64,000 bases of DNA from an uncultured Acidobacteriaceae bacterium (GCA_963758785.1 CAVWXA010000002.1:652669-716668); one strand, 5' to 3'; positions 21,985-32,796 are shown, counted from the first letter of the stretch. The notes: generated by a model not told the origin, from the letters alone. Made by a program: numbers and translations.

Positions 21985-22497
21985 TTAGTCTGTCTTCTTC
22001 AAGATGGTCCAGATCCAGCCTATGAAGGTTAGGACGAGGAAGGGATACGCGACATAGGGCAGCGGCTTGGTGATGGGCAGGATCTGTTCGCCCCAAAAGA
22101 TTCTTGCCGAAGTGATGGCGAAGAGGATGGCGGCGATGAGGCCGGCGATGCGTGTCCAGATAACGAAGGTTTTGGGAGCGCTGGTGAGGAGGAGGCCGGC
22201 GGACCAGAGGGCGGTGCCCGCGGCGAATGATGGAACGCTGGCTTCGAGAGTGCCGGCCGTGCCGCCGAGCATGACGGCCTCGCCGATGGCGTAGACGAGG
22301 AAGCCGGCGGCGACAGAGTCGTTGCCCTTGCGGAAGAAGAGCAAGGCGAGGATGGAGGCTGCAACGACGAGGGCCGTGCCATCGATGGCCCAGGAGATGG
22401 CACGCACATTTTGTTGGGCGACCATGGTTCCAAGCATGCCGAGCACGGCGCCAAGAGCGATGCCTACGACGGCGACAATCTTCAAAGGGTTTTTCAT
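21985..22497 (-). CDS. Hypothetical multi-pass membrane protein
   Basis: 170-aa ORF with about 6 hydrophobic segments. Confidence 0.75.
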   Translation of the reverse strand: MKNPLKIVAVVGIALGAVLGMLGTMVAQQNVRAISWAIDGTALVVAASILALLFFRKGNDSVAAGFLVYAIGEAVMLGGTAGTLEASVPSFAAGTALWSAGLLLTSAPKTFVIWTRIAGLIAAILFAITSARIFWGEQILPITKPLPYVAYPFLVLTFIGWIWTILKKTD

Positions 22498-22640
22498 ATG
22501 GAAGCCGATGCTACAAGAACTGGGGCGCGGGTGGCGAGAGGATTGTGAGCGGTGGTTCAGCCGGTGAGATGTGGACCCAGTGCCTGCAGCGAGGATTCGT
22601 GTGGTATTTCCAAGGGTCGTCGCATCGATCCAGCATCCTA

Positions 22641-22700
22641 AATGCAGGTCCTTCGATTCGCTTTGGCGCTAGAACGCGCCAAAACTCGCTCAGGATGACA
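22641..22700 (+). repeat. Family A repeat
   Basis: AATGCAGGTCCTTCGATT-TTTGGCGC/GCGCCAAA-CGCTCAGGATGACA. Confidence 0.9.
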
Positions 22701-22735
22701 AGATCGTTTATGATGCGCACTTCAGTTGAAGGACG

Positions 22736-23827
22736 CTAGTGGCCGGGGTCGATGACGCTGGGGTTGGCGTAGTAACCGTCGCTGGAGCGCGCGATGAGAT
22801 CGCGCTGGTCGAGCTTGATTTCGATGTGGTGATACTCGTTGGGCTTGTCGGAGGGCGGAGGATCGATGCCGATTTCGTACCAGGATTGCACGTCGGAGAG
22901 GCATCGCTGGATCATTCCTGTGACGTCGCTATTGGACCCGAGGGCGAGGCCGCCGCTGTGGATGGCGAAAACCTGAACGCCGAGGTTGCCGAGCTGCACC
23001 TGGCTGGGCTTGGCGATGCCGTTGAGGAAGGTCTCGAAGTAATCCTCGCGCTGCAGGGACTCTGTAACGCCGACGGGATTGATGTTGTAGAGGGTCACAT
23101 TGTCTCGCCGCATTTGTGTGGAGTAGTTCACGATGGTGTCGAAGGTCTGCTGCTCCTGCTTTGCGGAGAGGTAAATACCGGGTCCTGAGACCAGAGGCCA
23201 GCCGGGCGAGATCCAGAGAATGACTTTGCGGCCGGGGAGGGTTGAGGTAAACCCCAGGATTTGATGTAACGCATTCATGCAGATTTGAAGACGTTCGGGG
23301 CCACTCCACTCGGATGCGCGGTTAATTTGGCGAAGGCCGATCTCGTGATGCTGGAGGTCGTCGTTCAACGCATTGCCATTGGTAGAGAAGCCCGAATCAA
23401 TTTGCGCGCCCTGGTCTGTGAGGACGGCAACTGTGGTGGGATTAGCCAATGTGCCTTCGTTTGCTTTGAGAAACTTTTCGACGCCTTCGCGCACATAGGC
23501 GACCGTTTCGTAGGGAGTGTTGACGGCATCGACAAAAAGGATGACGCGGACCGGCTCCTGGGCGGGCGTCATGATTTTGAAGGATGTGATGGGACGCGGC
23601 GTTTTGTTGTCGAGGACGGTAAAGTCCTGTTGATGGAGGGTCGTGACCGGCTGACCCGACTTGGTATTGACCGCGACGTCGAATTTGAAGGATTGAGAAG
23701 GCGGCGCGATGGCGGGCAAGGACATTTGCGCGTGCGCGGCGAAGAAAGGAGGCAGCAAGGCAGCGAAGAGAATGGCGGCGAGCCTCGCGATGTTCAACTT
23801 AGGGAAGGTCATGTTGGGGAAGGTCAT
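22736..23827 (-). CDS. VWA-domain protein (Acidobacteria VWFA-related)
   Basis: Signal peptide, GQPVTTLHQQDFTVLDN, VILFVDAVN, PGRKVILWISPG, YHHIEIK. Confidence 0.88.
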   Translation of the reverse strand: MTFPNMTFPKLNIARLAAILFAALLPPFFAAHAQMSLPAIAPPSQSFKFDVAVNTKSGQPVTTLHQQDFTVLDNKTPRPITSFKIMTPAQEPVRVILFVDAVNTPYETVAYVREGVEKFLKANEGTLANPTTVAVLTDQGAQIDSGFSTNGNALNDDLQHHEIGLRQINRASEWSGPERLQICMNALHQILGFTSTLPGRKVILWISPGWPLVSGPGIYLSAKQEQQTFDTIVNYSTQMRRDNVTLYNINPVGVTESLQREDYFETFLNGIAKPSQVQLGNLGVQVFAIHSGGLALGSNSDVTGMIQRCLSDVQSWYEIGIDPPPSDKPNEYHHIEIKLDQRDLIARSSDGYYANPSVIDPGH

Positions 23828-23909
23828 GGAGAGCCTCCGATCGGAGTCTTGCGGGGAGAAAGAATTGCGCGCTCTGCAGCAGGGTAATCATACAGGACGC
23901 GGGGCTGGC

Positions 23910-23948
23910 CCCACCTCAACGACTAAAAACCATCGTCGGGGACCCCGG
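23910..23948 (+). repeat. Family E-like palindromic repeat
   Basis: CCACCTCAACGA...TCGTCGGGGACCCCGG, similar to 9673-9710. Confidence 0.5.
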
Positions 23949-24027
23949 TTAGCCGCGTAGATTCAAGCGCTGAGATTTCGGGGAGCGATCACTCTGATTT
24001 TGATATAGGCCGGTAGAATGAGTACCT

Positions 24028-25122
24028 ATGGAATCAATTCATTTAGGCACTGAGGCTGCGTTAGTAGAGATGCCGAAAGGAAGCCGGTTTGTGCGCGCGT
24101 GCCTGCGGCGACCGGTGGATCGCACGCCAGTGTGGTTTTTGCGCCAGGCCGGGCGCTACATGCAGGAGTACCGCGACGTGCGCAAGCATCACACGCTGGT
24201 AGAAATTTGCAAAAAGCCGGAACTGGCGGCGGAAGTAACGATTACGGCGGCGGAAAAGCTGGGCGTGGATGCGGCGATTATTTTTGCCGATTTGCTGCTG
24301 CCGCTGGAGCCGATGGGTCTGGATTTTGAGTTTGCGGCCGGCGAAGGGCCGGTGGTGCACAAGCCGGTAAGAACTGCCGAGGACGTGAAGGCACTGCGTA
24401 CCGACCGCGCCGGCGACCTGGCGTATGTGGCGCTGGCGATTGAGAAGGTGGCGGCGCACTTTCGCGATCGGATGGGTGTGATCGGGTTCTGCGGCGCTCC
24501 GTATACGCTGGCGAGCTACATGATCGAGGGCGGCGGCTCGCGGAATTATGTCTACACCAAGCAGGTGATGTATCGCGACCCCATTGCGTGGAGCGGGCTC
24601 CTGGATAAGTTAGTCGCGGTGCTCACGGAGTATTGCCGGATGCAAGTACAGGCGGGCGCGGACGTGATTCAGATTTTCGATAGCTGGGTGGGATCGCTGG
24701 GGCTGAGCGACTACTGCACGTACGCTTTCGAAGCATCGAGGCGACTGGTGCGCGCGGTGCAGGCGATGGGCGTGCCGGTGATTTATTTTGGCGTGGAGAC
24801 GGCAGGGCTGCTGGAGAAGATGGCGGAGACGGGCGCCGACGTGATCGGGCTGGACTGGCGGCAGCCACTGGACGTGGGCTGGCGCGCGGTGGGGCATGGG
24901 CACGCGGTGCAGGGAAACCTGGATCCGATTACGCTGTTTGCGCCGTTGGAGATTCTGGAATTGCGCGTGAAGGAAATTTTGCGCGCGGCGAACGGGCGAG
25001 TGGGTCACATCTTCAATTTGGGTCACGGGATTGTGCCGGGCACGCCGGTGGAGAACGTCCAGGCGGTGGTGAAGATGGTGCGGGAGTTCCGGGTTGAACA
25101 GGGAATAGGGAGAAGGGAGTAG
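24028..25122 (+). CDS. hemE: Uroporphyrinogen decarboxylase
   Basis: PVWFLRQAGRY, DAAIIFADLL, QIFDSW, QGNLDP, HIFNLGHG. Confidence 0.97.
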   Translation: MESIHLGTEAALVEMPKGSRFVRACLRRPVDRTPVWFLRQAGRYMQEYRDVRKHHTLVEICKKPELAAEVTITAAEKLGVDAAIIFADLLLPLEPMGLDFEFAAGEGPVVHKPVRTAEDVKALRTDRAGDLAYVALAIEKVAAHFRDRMGVIGFCGAPYTLASYMIEGGGSRNYVYTKQVMYRDPIAWSGLLDKLVAVLTEYCRMQVQAGADVIQIFDSWVGSLGLSDYCTYAFEASRRLVRAVQAMGVPVIYFGVETAGLLEKMAETGADVIGLDWRQPLDVGWRAVGHGHAVQGNLDPITLFAPLEILELRVKEILRAANGRVGHIFNLGHGIVPGTPVENVQAVVKMVREFRVEQGIGRRE

Positions 25123-25235
25123 GGAATAGGGGGACGCCCCTGAGTCAGAGATTCGTTGAAGGATTTGGCGATGGAAATGCAGGTCCTTCGACTGCGTTTG
25201 GCGCGGAAATGCGCCAAACTTCGCTCAGGATGACA
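25100..25235 (+). repeat. Heptamer array overlapping the hemE stop (25100-25133) plus family A repeat (25175-25235)
   Basis: GGG at 25101, 25108, 25115, 25122, 25129; stem GTTTGGCGC/GCGCCAAAC. Confidence 0.88.
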
Positions 25236-25349
25236 GCGTTTTTTATTCCACGAATAATGACCAAGGACACAAGGGACGCGGGGACTAGAGAAAAGGCGAC
25301 TCGGTGGTGGGGAGCGGTGGAAATGCGATTCGCGATGGAGACGCGTTGA

Positions 25350-26375
25350 ATGCCTAAACAAGCGGTGTTGCTGCTGGCGCACGGAACTCCAGAGACAGTG
25401 GAGCAGATTCCCGAGTATTTGCGCAACGTGGTGAGCGGGCGGCCGCTGCCGCAGAGCGTCGTAGAAGAGATTCAGCACCGGTATGCGCTGATTGGGCGGA
25501 GTCCACTGACCGAGATCACGATGGCGCAGGCGCGGCTGGTGGAGAAGGAGCTAAGGAACGGAGACGAGACGATTCCGGTGTATGTGGGGATGCGAAACTG
25601 GCGGCCGTATATTCCCGAGGTGGTGCGACAGATGCGCGCCGATGGGATTGAAGAAGCTGCGGTAATTTGCATGGCGCCGCAGAACTCGCGGACCAGCGTA
25701 GGGCTTTACCGGCGCGCGGTGGAGGCCGAGGCGGCGGGGCTGCGCATCGACTTTACTTCAGGGTGGGCGCGACATCCGCTGCTGGCGGATGCGTTTGCCG
25801 AACGGCTGCGGCCGGCACTGGCCAAGCTGAGTGCGGAGGTCGGCGAGGCGGTGCCGGTTTTGTTCACGGCGCACAGCGTGCCGACGCGGACGGTGGAGGC
25901 GGTCAGTGGTGGTAGAGCTGACTCCGCTCCCAACCCTAGCGACAAAGACAAGAACGTCGCTAGAACGGGGCACCCCGTTTGGCCGGGACAGGGCACCGAT
26001 CCGTACGCCGAAGAGGCGCGGCATACGGCGGAACTCGTGGCGGAGCGGGTCGCGGAGATTCCACGATGGTGGTTCGCGTTCCAGAGCCAGGGCGCGAGCG
26101 GGGGCCCGTGGCTGGGTCCAAGCGTGGAGGAGACGCTGGACATGGTTGCGGCCGAGGGAGTGAAGGCGCTGGTGCTTCAGCCCATCGGGTTTCTGTGCGA
26201 CCACGTGGAGATTCTGTATGACGTGGACAAGCTGTTTCGCGGATATGCAGCGGAGCGGGGTGTAAGGCTGGAGCGGCCGGAATCGCTCAATGACTCAGCG
26301 ACGCTGGCGAAGGCGGTTGCGGACCTGGCGCGCGAGGGGCTGAAACGACTCCAGAAGATTCCCTCAAGTGCATGA
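25350..26375 (+). CDS. hemH: Ferrochelatase (with in-frame repeat insertion)
   Basis: LLLAHGTP, RYALIGRSPL, GMRNWRP, FTAHSVP, DPY, FQSQG..PWLGP, GFLCDHVEILYDVD. Confidence 0.95.
   Translation: MPKQAVLLLAHGTPETVEQIPEYLRNVVSGRPLPQSVVEEIQHRYALIGRSPLTEITMAQARLVEKELRNGDETIPVYVGMRNWRPYIPEVVRQMRADGIEEAAVICMAPQNSRTSVGLYRRAVEAEAAGLRIDFTSGWARHPLLADAFAERLRPALAKLSAEVGEAVPVLFTAHSVPTRTVEAVSGGRADSAPNPSDKDKNVARTGHPVWPGQGTDPYAEEARHTAELVAERVAEIPRWWFAFQSQGASGGPWLGPSVEETLDMVAAEGVKALVLQPIGFLCDHVEILYDVDKLFRGYAAERGVRLERPESLNDSATLAKAVADLAREGLKRLQKIPSSA
25929..25976 (+). repeat. Family B repeat inside hemH
   Basis: CCCAACCCTAGCGAC...GTCGCTAGAACGGGGCACCCC encodes PNPSDKDKNVARTGHP. Confidence 0.85.
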
Positions 26376-26681
26376 AAATCAAGCGAGTCGTTCGTTGGCA
26401 GGTTACCGGGGCTTCCACGGGCAGGTTCCGAAAGGCACGTTGCCGGCTGTTTTTTCCCTTCTGAGAAGCGCCATTCAGAATTAAGATCGTGGCGTAGCTG
26501 AAGACAAACTCGTACAACTTCTGGATTCTGCTGCGGCGTGAACGGGCGAGTGGCTTGTGCCGGCGCCCAAGCGAGCGGCGAAAGCTGCAGTGTGCGCTCG
26601 ATGCGAACCAGGAGGCTCTCTGAAGAGAGCGCAAGGCCCCAACAGAGGGCCGACCAGATCTTCGCAGGAGAATTCGCTGAG

Positions 26682-26870
26682 ATGGAGAATGCGAAGGAGC
26701 TGACTTGCCGATTTTGCGGCAGCGATAAGATCTTCCGGCTTGATCGACGCGGTTTTTTACGAGGGCGGATCTATCCACTGTTCGGGTTTTATCCGTGGCG
26801 ATGCAAGGGCTGCGCGTCAAGCATGATGCTTCGTAAGCGTCGCAAGACGAAGCGGAAAATGCACGCGTGA
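26682..26870 (+). CDS. Small basic zinc-ribbon-like protein (62 aa)
   Basis: CRFC...WRCKGC, Lys/Arg-rich tail; AGGAG upstream. Confidence 0.7.
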   Translation: MENAKELTCRFCGSDKIFRLDRRGFLRGRIYPLFGFYPWRCKGCASSMMLRKRRKTKRKMHA

Positions 26871-26891
26871 CAGGCCTGGCTCCGGCTCGGG

Positions 26892-27830
26892 TCAGGAGCG
26901 GAAGAAGTTTTTGGCGAGGAAGAGCACGTTGGCTGGCCGCTCGGCCAGGCGGCGCATGAAGTACGGGTACCACTCCGTTCCAAACGGCACGTAGACGCGC
27001 ACCTTGTAACCCTCGCTCACCAGCTTTCGCTGCAGGTCGCGGCGCACACCATAAAGCATTTGAAATTCGAAATGGCCAGGATCGATTCCTTGCGCGGCTG
27101 CGTGCGCCTTGATGGCTGCGACGATGGATTCATCATGCGTGGCCAGGGCGTGATAGAGCGGGCTTGAAAGAAGCAGCTTGCTGAGCTTGATGAAGTTTGC
27201 GTCGACATCAGACTTGTGCGGAAAGGCCACCTCGTGCGGCTCGTCGTAAGCGCCCTTGCAGAGGCGGACACGAATGCCGTCGGCGAGGAGTTGTTCGATA
27301 TCGGCCTGAGAGCGGTAAAGGTAGGCCTGGATGACGACGCCGACAGCTCCGCGCATGCCGGCTCGCGCATGAATGCGGCGCACGATGTCGAGTGTGACTT
27401 GAGTAAGGTGCGAATCCTCCATATCGATGCGGACGAAGCTGTTGGTAGAGCGGGCGTGCTGGACCAGGCCTCCGGCGATGGTCTCGGCCAGCTCAGGAGA
27501 TTGGGCATCTTCTGTATGTAGACCCATCTGCGTGAGCTTGACGCTGATGTTGGCGTTGAGACGGCGCGTGGCGATGGAATCGAGCAACTGGTGGTAGACA
27601 TCGGCGGCGCGGTGCGCTTCGCTCGCAGAGGTAACGCTTTCACCGAGGGAGTCAAGCGTGACGGCAATGCCCTGGCCGTTGACGGCTTCGGCAACGCGAA
27701 GCGCATCATCGATTTTCATGCCTGCGATGAATCGCGAATTGAGGCCGGTCCCCAACCTGGAATGTTCGAAAAAATGACGCAATGGACGATTGTGGGAGAG
27801 TGCAATAAAGGCGGAACGAAGAATTGGCAT
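26892..27830 (-). CDS. Monofunctional proline dehydrogenase
   Basis: SRFIAG, SVKLTQMG, VRIDMED, VIQAYL, RLCKGAY, ATHD, EFQMLYG, YFMRRLAERP. Confidence 0.95.
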   Translation of the reverse strand: MPILRSAFIALSHNRPLRHFFEHSRLGTGLNSRFIAGMKIDDALRVAEAVNGQGIAVTLDSLGESVTSASEAHRAADVYHQLLDSIATRRLNANISVKLTQMGLHTEDAQSPELAETIAGGLVQHARSTNSFVRIDMEDSHLTQVTLDIVRRIHARAGMRGAVGVVIQAYLYRSQADIEQLLADGIRVRLCKGAYDEPHEVAFPHKSDVDANFIKLSKLLLSSPLYHALATHDESIVAAIKAHAAAQGIDPGHFEFQMLYGVRRDLQRKLVSEGYKVRVYVPFGTEWYPYFMRRLAERPANVLFLAKNFFRS

Positions 27831-27980
27831 GAACTTGCCTCTGCCGGAGAGCGCGCTGCCGGGAACGCGCTTCGCAGACAGATTAGTGTCGCACAGGTGA
27901 CGGGGTGAACAATCTAACACCTTCGTGGAAGAGGGTGGCTGCGATAGTGGAAATTGACGCGATAACTCCTTCGCTCACAG

Positions 27981-29366
27981 CTAGTGCAGTTCAAACAAGG
28001 CACTGCCGTGGGGCGCGAGAGTGACGTTGATTTCCTTTGAATCTTTGGTCGTGGAATCGTTCCAGACATTGCGGGCCGAGTGTTTTGCGCCGTCGAGGCC
28101 AAGCTGCTTCCAGGTGGTGCGAAGCGTCACGGGGTTGTCGGCGAGATTGAAGAAGGCGAAATACTCCGCGTAGCCGCGGTCGCCGGGCTGGCTGATGGTT
28201 GCGCGCCAGACTCGGGCATTGTCAAAGCCCGGGCCGAGAGTGGCGGGGTCAACAGGGCGACTGTAGTTGGAAGTCTGGTCGATGAAAAGCAGAGTTTGAT
28301 TGGTAAGGAGCGAGCGGGTGAGGGCATCAAGCCTGGTGAGGTTGCCACCGAAGATGAGCGGCGAGCGCGCGATGCACCAGAGTGTGAATTCGGTTCGCTG
28401 CTCGTCGGGAGTGAGGCGAGACTGGCGCGGAGAACCCAGGCCGGGGTTTGGACCGAGCCATCCTTCGGGGAGCATGTCGGCATCGGGCCAGTTGCCCGGA
28501 CCTGTGTAGGTATACCAGAGCGCGAGACGGTCGAAGTCTTCTTTCAGGTCGAATGGAAATTCTTCGCCAGGCTTGTGCGGGAGGGTCCAACCGTCCCAGT
28601 GGTCGTTGGAGATGCGCCACATCTGTGCGTACTTTGCAACTTCAGTGGCATCGTCAAGCGCGGTAGGACCGGGCGAAAGGCTGAGGACAATGGGGCGGCC
28701 CGTTTTGTGGATGGCTGCGGCGATCTGGCGGATTTCAGATGGGCGGTAAGGATGGGTGGCGATGCAATCGACCTTGAGAAAATCGACACCCCAGGATGCG
28801 TAGAGCTTGAGCATGGAATCGTAATAGGCCTGGCCCGCGGCGTTGTCTTTCACGCCCCAGTTACCCTGATCCCACGGACACGGGGATGTGGTGTCAGCGG
28901 CGTCTGCGGCGTGGAATGAAGTGCCGGCGATGGGCAGATTGGCGGCGACGACCTGGCGGGGAATGCCGCGGACAATGTGAATGCCAAACTTGAGGCCCTG
29001 TGCGTGAACCCAATCGGCGATCGGCCTGAAGCCTGCGCCGTTGACGGCTGAGGGAAAGCGGACGGCCGCGGGAATCAGCAGGCCGTTGCCGTTCCAGAGA
29101 TAGTGCCTATCCTCGAGGGCCTTGCCGGCCGGGTTGGCCATGTACCATCCCTCGTCGATGACGGCGTACTTCCATCCGTACTCCTCGAGAGAGACGAGGA
29201 CCTTGGCGTTGGCTTTGAACTGATCTTCGTCGATGGTGAGACCGTAGGAGTCCCAACTGTTCCAACCCATGGGCGGCGTGGGGGCGAGGGCCTGCGCGTG
29301 GGAGTGGGGAACCGAGAGGAACATTTCGGCGATGAGAGCGGACGAAAGAAAGAAAGACCTTGCCAT
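27981..29366 (-). CDS. Secreted glycoside hydrolase family 27 (alpha-galactosidase/beta-L-arabinopyranosidase-like)
   Basis: PTPPMGWNSW, VIDEGW, GLKFGIH, WGVDFLKVD, MWRISND, WPDADMLP. Confidence 0.93.
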   Translation of the reverse strand: MARSFFLSSALIAEMFLSVPHSHAQALAPTPPMGWNSWDSYGLTIDEDQFKANAKVLVSLEEYGWKYAVIDEGWYMANPAGKALEDRHYLWNGNGLLIPAAVRFPSAVNGAGFRPIADWVHAQGLKFGIHIVRGIPRQVVAANLPIAGTSFHAADAADTTSPCPWDQGNWGVKDNAAGQAYYDSMLKLYASWGVDFLKVDCIATHPYRPSEIRQIAAAIHKTGRPIVLSLSPGPTALDDATEVAKYAQMWRISNDHWDGWTLPHKPGEEFPFDLKEDFDRLALWYTYTGPGNWPDADMLPEGWLGPNPGLGSPRQSRLTPDEQRTEFTLWCIARSPLIFGGNLTRLDALTRSLLTNQTLLFIDQTSNYSRPVDPATLGPGFDNARVWRATISQPGDRGYAEYFAFFNLADNPVTLRTTWKQLGLDGAKHSARNVWNDSTTKDSKEINVTLAPHGSALFELH

Positions 29367-29504
29367 GAGGAAACGTATAGCACAAGAGAGCGGTGTTGGC
29401 GGAGTTGGCAGGGTTAGTGGAGTTAGAGGTGTCGGCGAAGTTGGCGCGTAGTGAAGCAATTATGACGGCTGGTTGACAAATGTCTGGAATCGGGCGGGTT
29501 ATCC

Positions 29505-29666
29505 TAGAGCAGTTTTGGAAATACTATGTCCGGTCAACGCGTTTACCAAGGTCGTCGCTCTCTGCCGCTCCGAGCCCAGCGACGAAGACCTGTCGCTGGG
29601 GGCCTGGGCAGGTCACGCCGACTGAAATGTCTTGAATGCGGATCGACCATTTCTGAAACTGCTGTA
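29505..29666. mobile_element. MITE-like element or rod-shaped structured RNA with TAGAGC terminal inverted repeats
   Basis: TAGAGCAGTTTTGGAAAT ... ATTTCTGAAACTGCTGTA (15/18 inverted match); interior also self-complementary. Confidence 0.55.
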
Positions 29667-29713
29667 GTCGGAGTGCGCGTGGTGGTTGGGGAGTTAGAGA
29701 AAGAGGATTTGGA

Positions 29714-31207
29714 ATGAGAGGGATCTGGGAGGCCGGGGTGGTGCGCGGATTTTTGACGCTTGGCATTTTTTGTGTCTGCTGCATTGGGTTGCGCACAGCA
29801 GGGCGAGCGCAGGCTGTGGCACAAGCTACAGTGGCGCGTGATGCCGAGGGCACCCAGGCGGTACATGCGCTGTTTGTCAGCGACATTCACTTCGAGCCGT
29901 TTTGGGATCCGGGGAAGGCGGCGAAACTGGCGGCTGCGCCGGTAACGGAGTGGAAGGCGATTCTGGCGTCGCCGGACGGGGCGGATCGCGGGGCGCGGTT
30001 CGCGGATTTGAAGCAGGCGTGTCCGACACGGGGAGAGGATACGCAGTATGCGCTGTATGCGTCGAGCTTAGGGGCGATGCGGGCAGAAGCGGCCGATGCA
30101 AAGTTCGTGATCGTGAGCGGGGATTTGATGGCGCACTCGTTCAGCTGCAAATACGCTTCGCTGTTCAAGAATGCAGCGCCGGGCGAATATCGTGTGTTTA
30201 CCGAGAAGACGGTGGAGTTTGTGGTGCGCTCGCTGCGGGAGGCGCTGCCAGGCGTGCCGGTTTACGCGGCGCTGGGAAATAACGACTCCGATTGCGGCGA
30301 TTATCAGCTTGATGCGGACAGTGAGTTTCTGGCTGCAATCGCCGGCGAGTTTACGCATGAGATCGCCGGGGCGAGTCGGGAGCAGGCCGCGCGGACGTTT
30401 GCGGTGGGAGGGTATTACAGCGCGAGCTTGCCGGCGCCGTTGGAGCACACGCGACTGCTGGTGCTGGACGATCTGTTTATGTCGCGACGGTATGAGACAT
30501 GCGGGGGCAAGGAGGATCCGGCGCCTGCGGCGGCGCAGATTGCGTGGCTGGAGCGGCAACTGGACGCGGCGCGGCAGAATAAAGAGAAGGTTTGGGTGAT
30601 GGCGCATGTTCCGCCGGGTGTGGATGCGTACTCGACGGCGACAAAGGGGAAGAATATTTGCAAAGGAAATGGGCCCACGATGTTTTTGTCGTCGGAGGCG
30701 CTGCCGGAGACGCTGGCGCGATATGGGGATGTGATCCGGCTGGCGATTTTTGCGCACACGCACATGGATGAGGTGCGGCTGCTGGAGCCGGCGGGTTCGG
30801 ATCCGACGGAAAAGGGCGTCGCGGTGAAGATGGTGCCGTCGATTTCGCCGGTCGATGGAAATAATCCTTCGTTTGTGGTGGCGCGAATCGATGCGCGGAC
30901 TGCGGTGATGAGGGACTATCGCGTCGTGGCGGCTTCAAATAAAACTGGCGTGGATACGGCGTGGGCGGAGGAATACGATTTTGCGAAGGCGTATGAGGAG
31001 CCCGCGTTTTCGGCCGCGACGCTCGATGACCTTGTTGGACGGTTTGCAGCGGATCGCGGCGCGCAGACAAGCGTGAGCCAGAGCTATATCCGTAACTACG
31101 AGGTGGGTCAGCCGATGCGCGCGCTTGGGCTGGTATGGCCGATGTATGTTTGCGCTTTGAAGAATGATGAGGCGGATGCGTTTGCTTCGTGTGTGTGCGG
31201 GAAGTAG
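29714..31207 (+). CDS. Secreted metallophosphoesterase, acid-sphingomyelinase/SMPDL3-like
   Basis: SDIH, VSGD, GNND, HVPP, AHTH, PSISP..NNP. Confidence 0.88.
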   Translation: MRGIWEAGVVRGFLTLGIFCVCCIGLRTAGRAQAVAQATVARDAEGTQAVHALFVSDIHFEPFWDPGKAAKLAAAPVTEWKAILASPDGADRGARFADLKQACPTRGEDTQYALYASSLGAMRAEAADAKFVIVSGDLMAHSFSCKYASLFKNAAPGEYRVFTEKTVEFVVRSLREALPGVPVYAALGNNDSDCGDYQLDADSEFLAAIAGEFTHEIAGASREQAARTFAVGGYYSASLPAPLEHTRLLVLDDLFMSRRYETCGGKEDPAPAAAQIAWLERQLDAARQNKEKVWVMAHVPPGVDAYSTATKGKNICKGNGPTMFLSSEALPETLARYGDVIRLAIFAHTHMDEVRLLEPAGSDPTEKGVAVKMVPSISPVDGNNPSFVVARIDARTAVMRDYRVVAASNKTGVDTAWAEEYDFAKAYEEPAFSAATLDDLVGRFAADRGAQTSVSQSYIRNYEVGQPMRALGLVWPMYVCALKNDEADAFASCVCGK

Positions 31208-31213
31208 AGCGGG

Positions 31214-31416
31214 GGAGTTCGCGGAGTTCGCGGAGTTGGAAATCCCACCCTAAACGCAAACAGCGCGTTTAGAATGGGGCACCCCCTTTGGTACATAACC
31301 AGGCAAACAGAGCGACTGCGAATCCCAGGTCTCAGAAGCGAGACCTGGGGCACCCAGTGGAGTTGGAAATCCCACCCTGAACGCAAAAAGCGCTTTTGGA
31401 TGGGGCACCCCTTTGG
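31214..31416 (+). repeat. Cluster of three family B repeats plus 9-mer repeats between convergent genes
   Basis: Copies at 31243-31284, 31323-31355 and 31370-31410; first and third form a near-direct repeat. Confidence 0.9.
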
Positions 31417-31440
31417 GTGTAGGACCGGACGGCTGGAAAC

Positions 31441-32796
<1,356 letters not shown>

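Noticed and set aside
29508-29663. Calling the rod-shaped element 6S or SRP RNA
   Set aside because: No SRP domain IV motif, bulges are one-sided rather than a 6S central bubble, and the ends match the MITE-like element at 41915.
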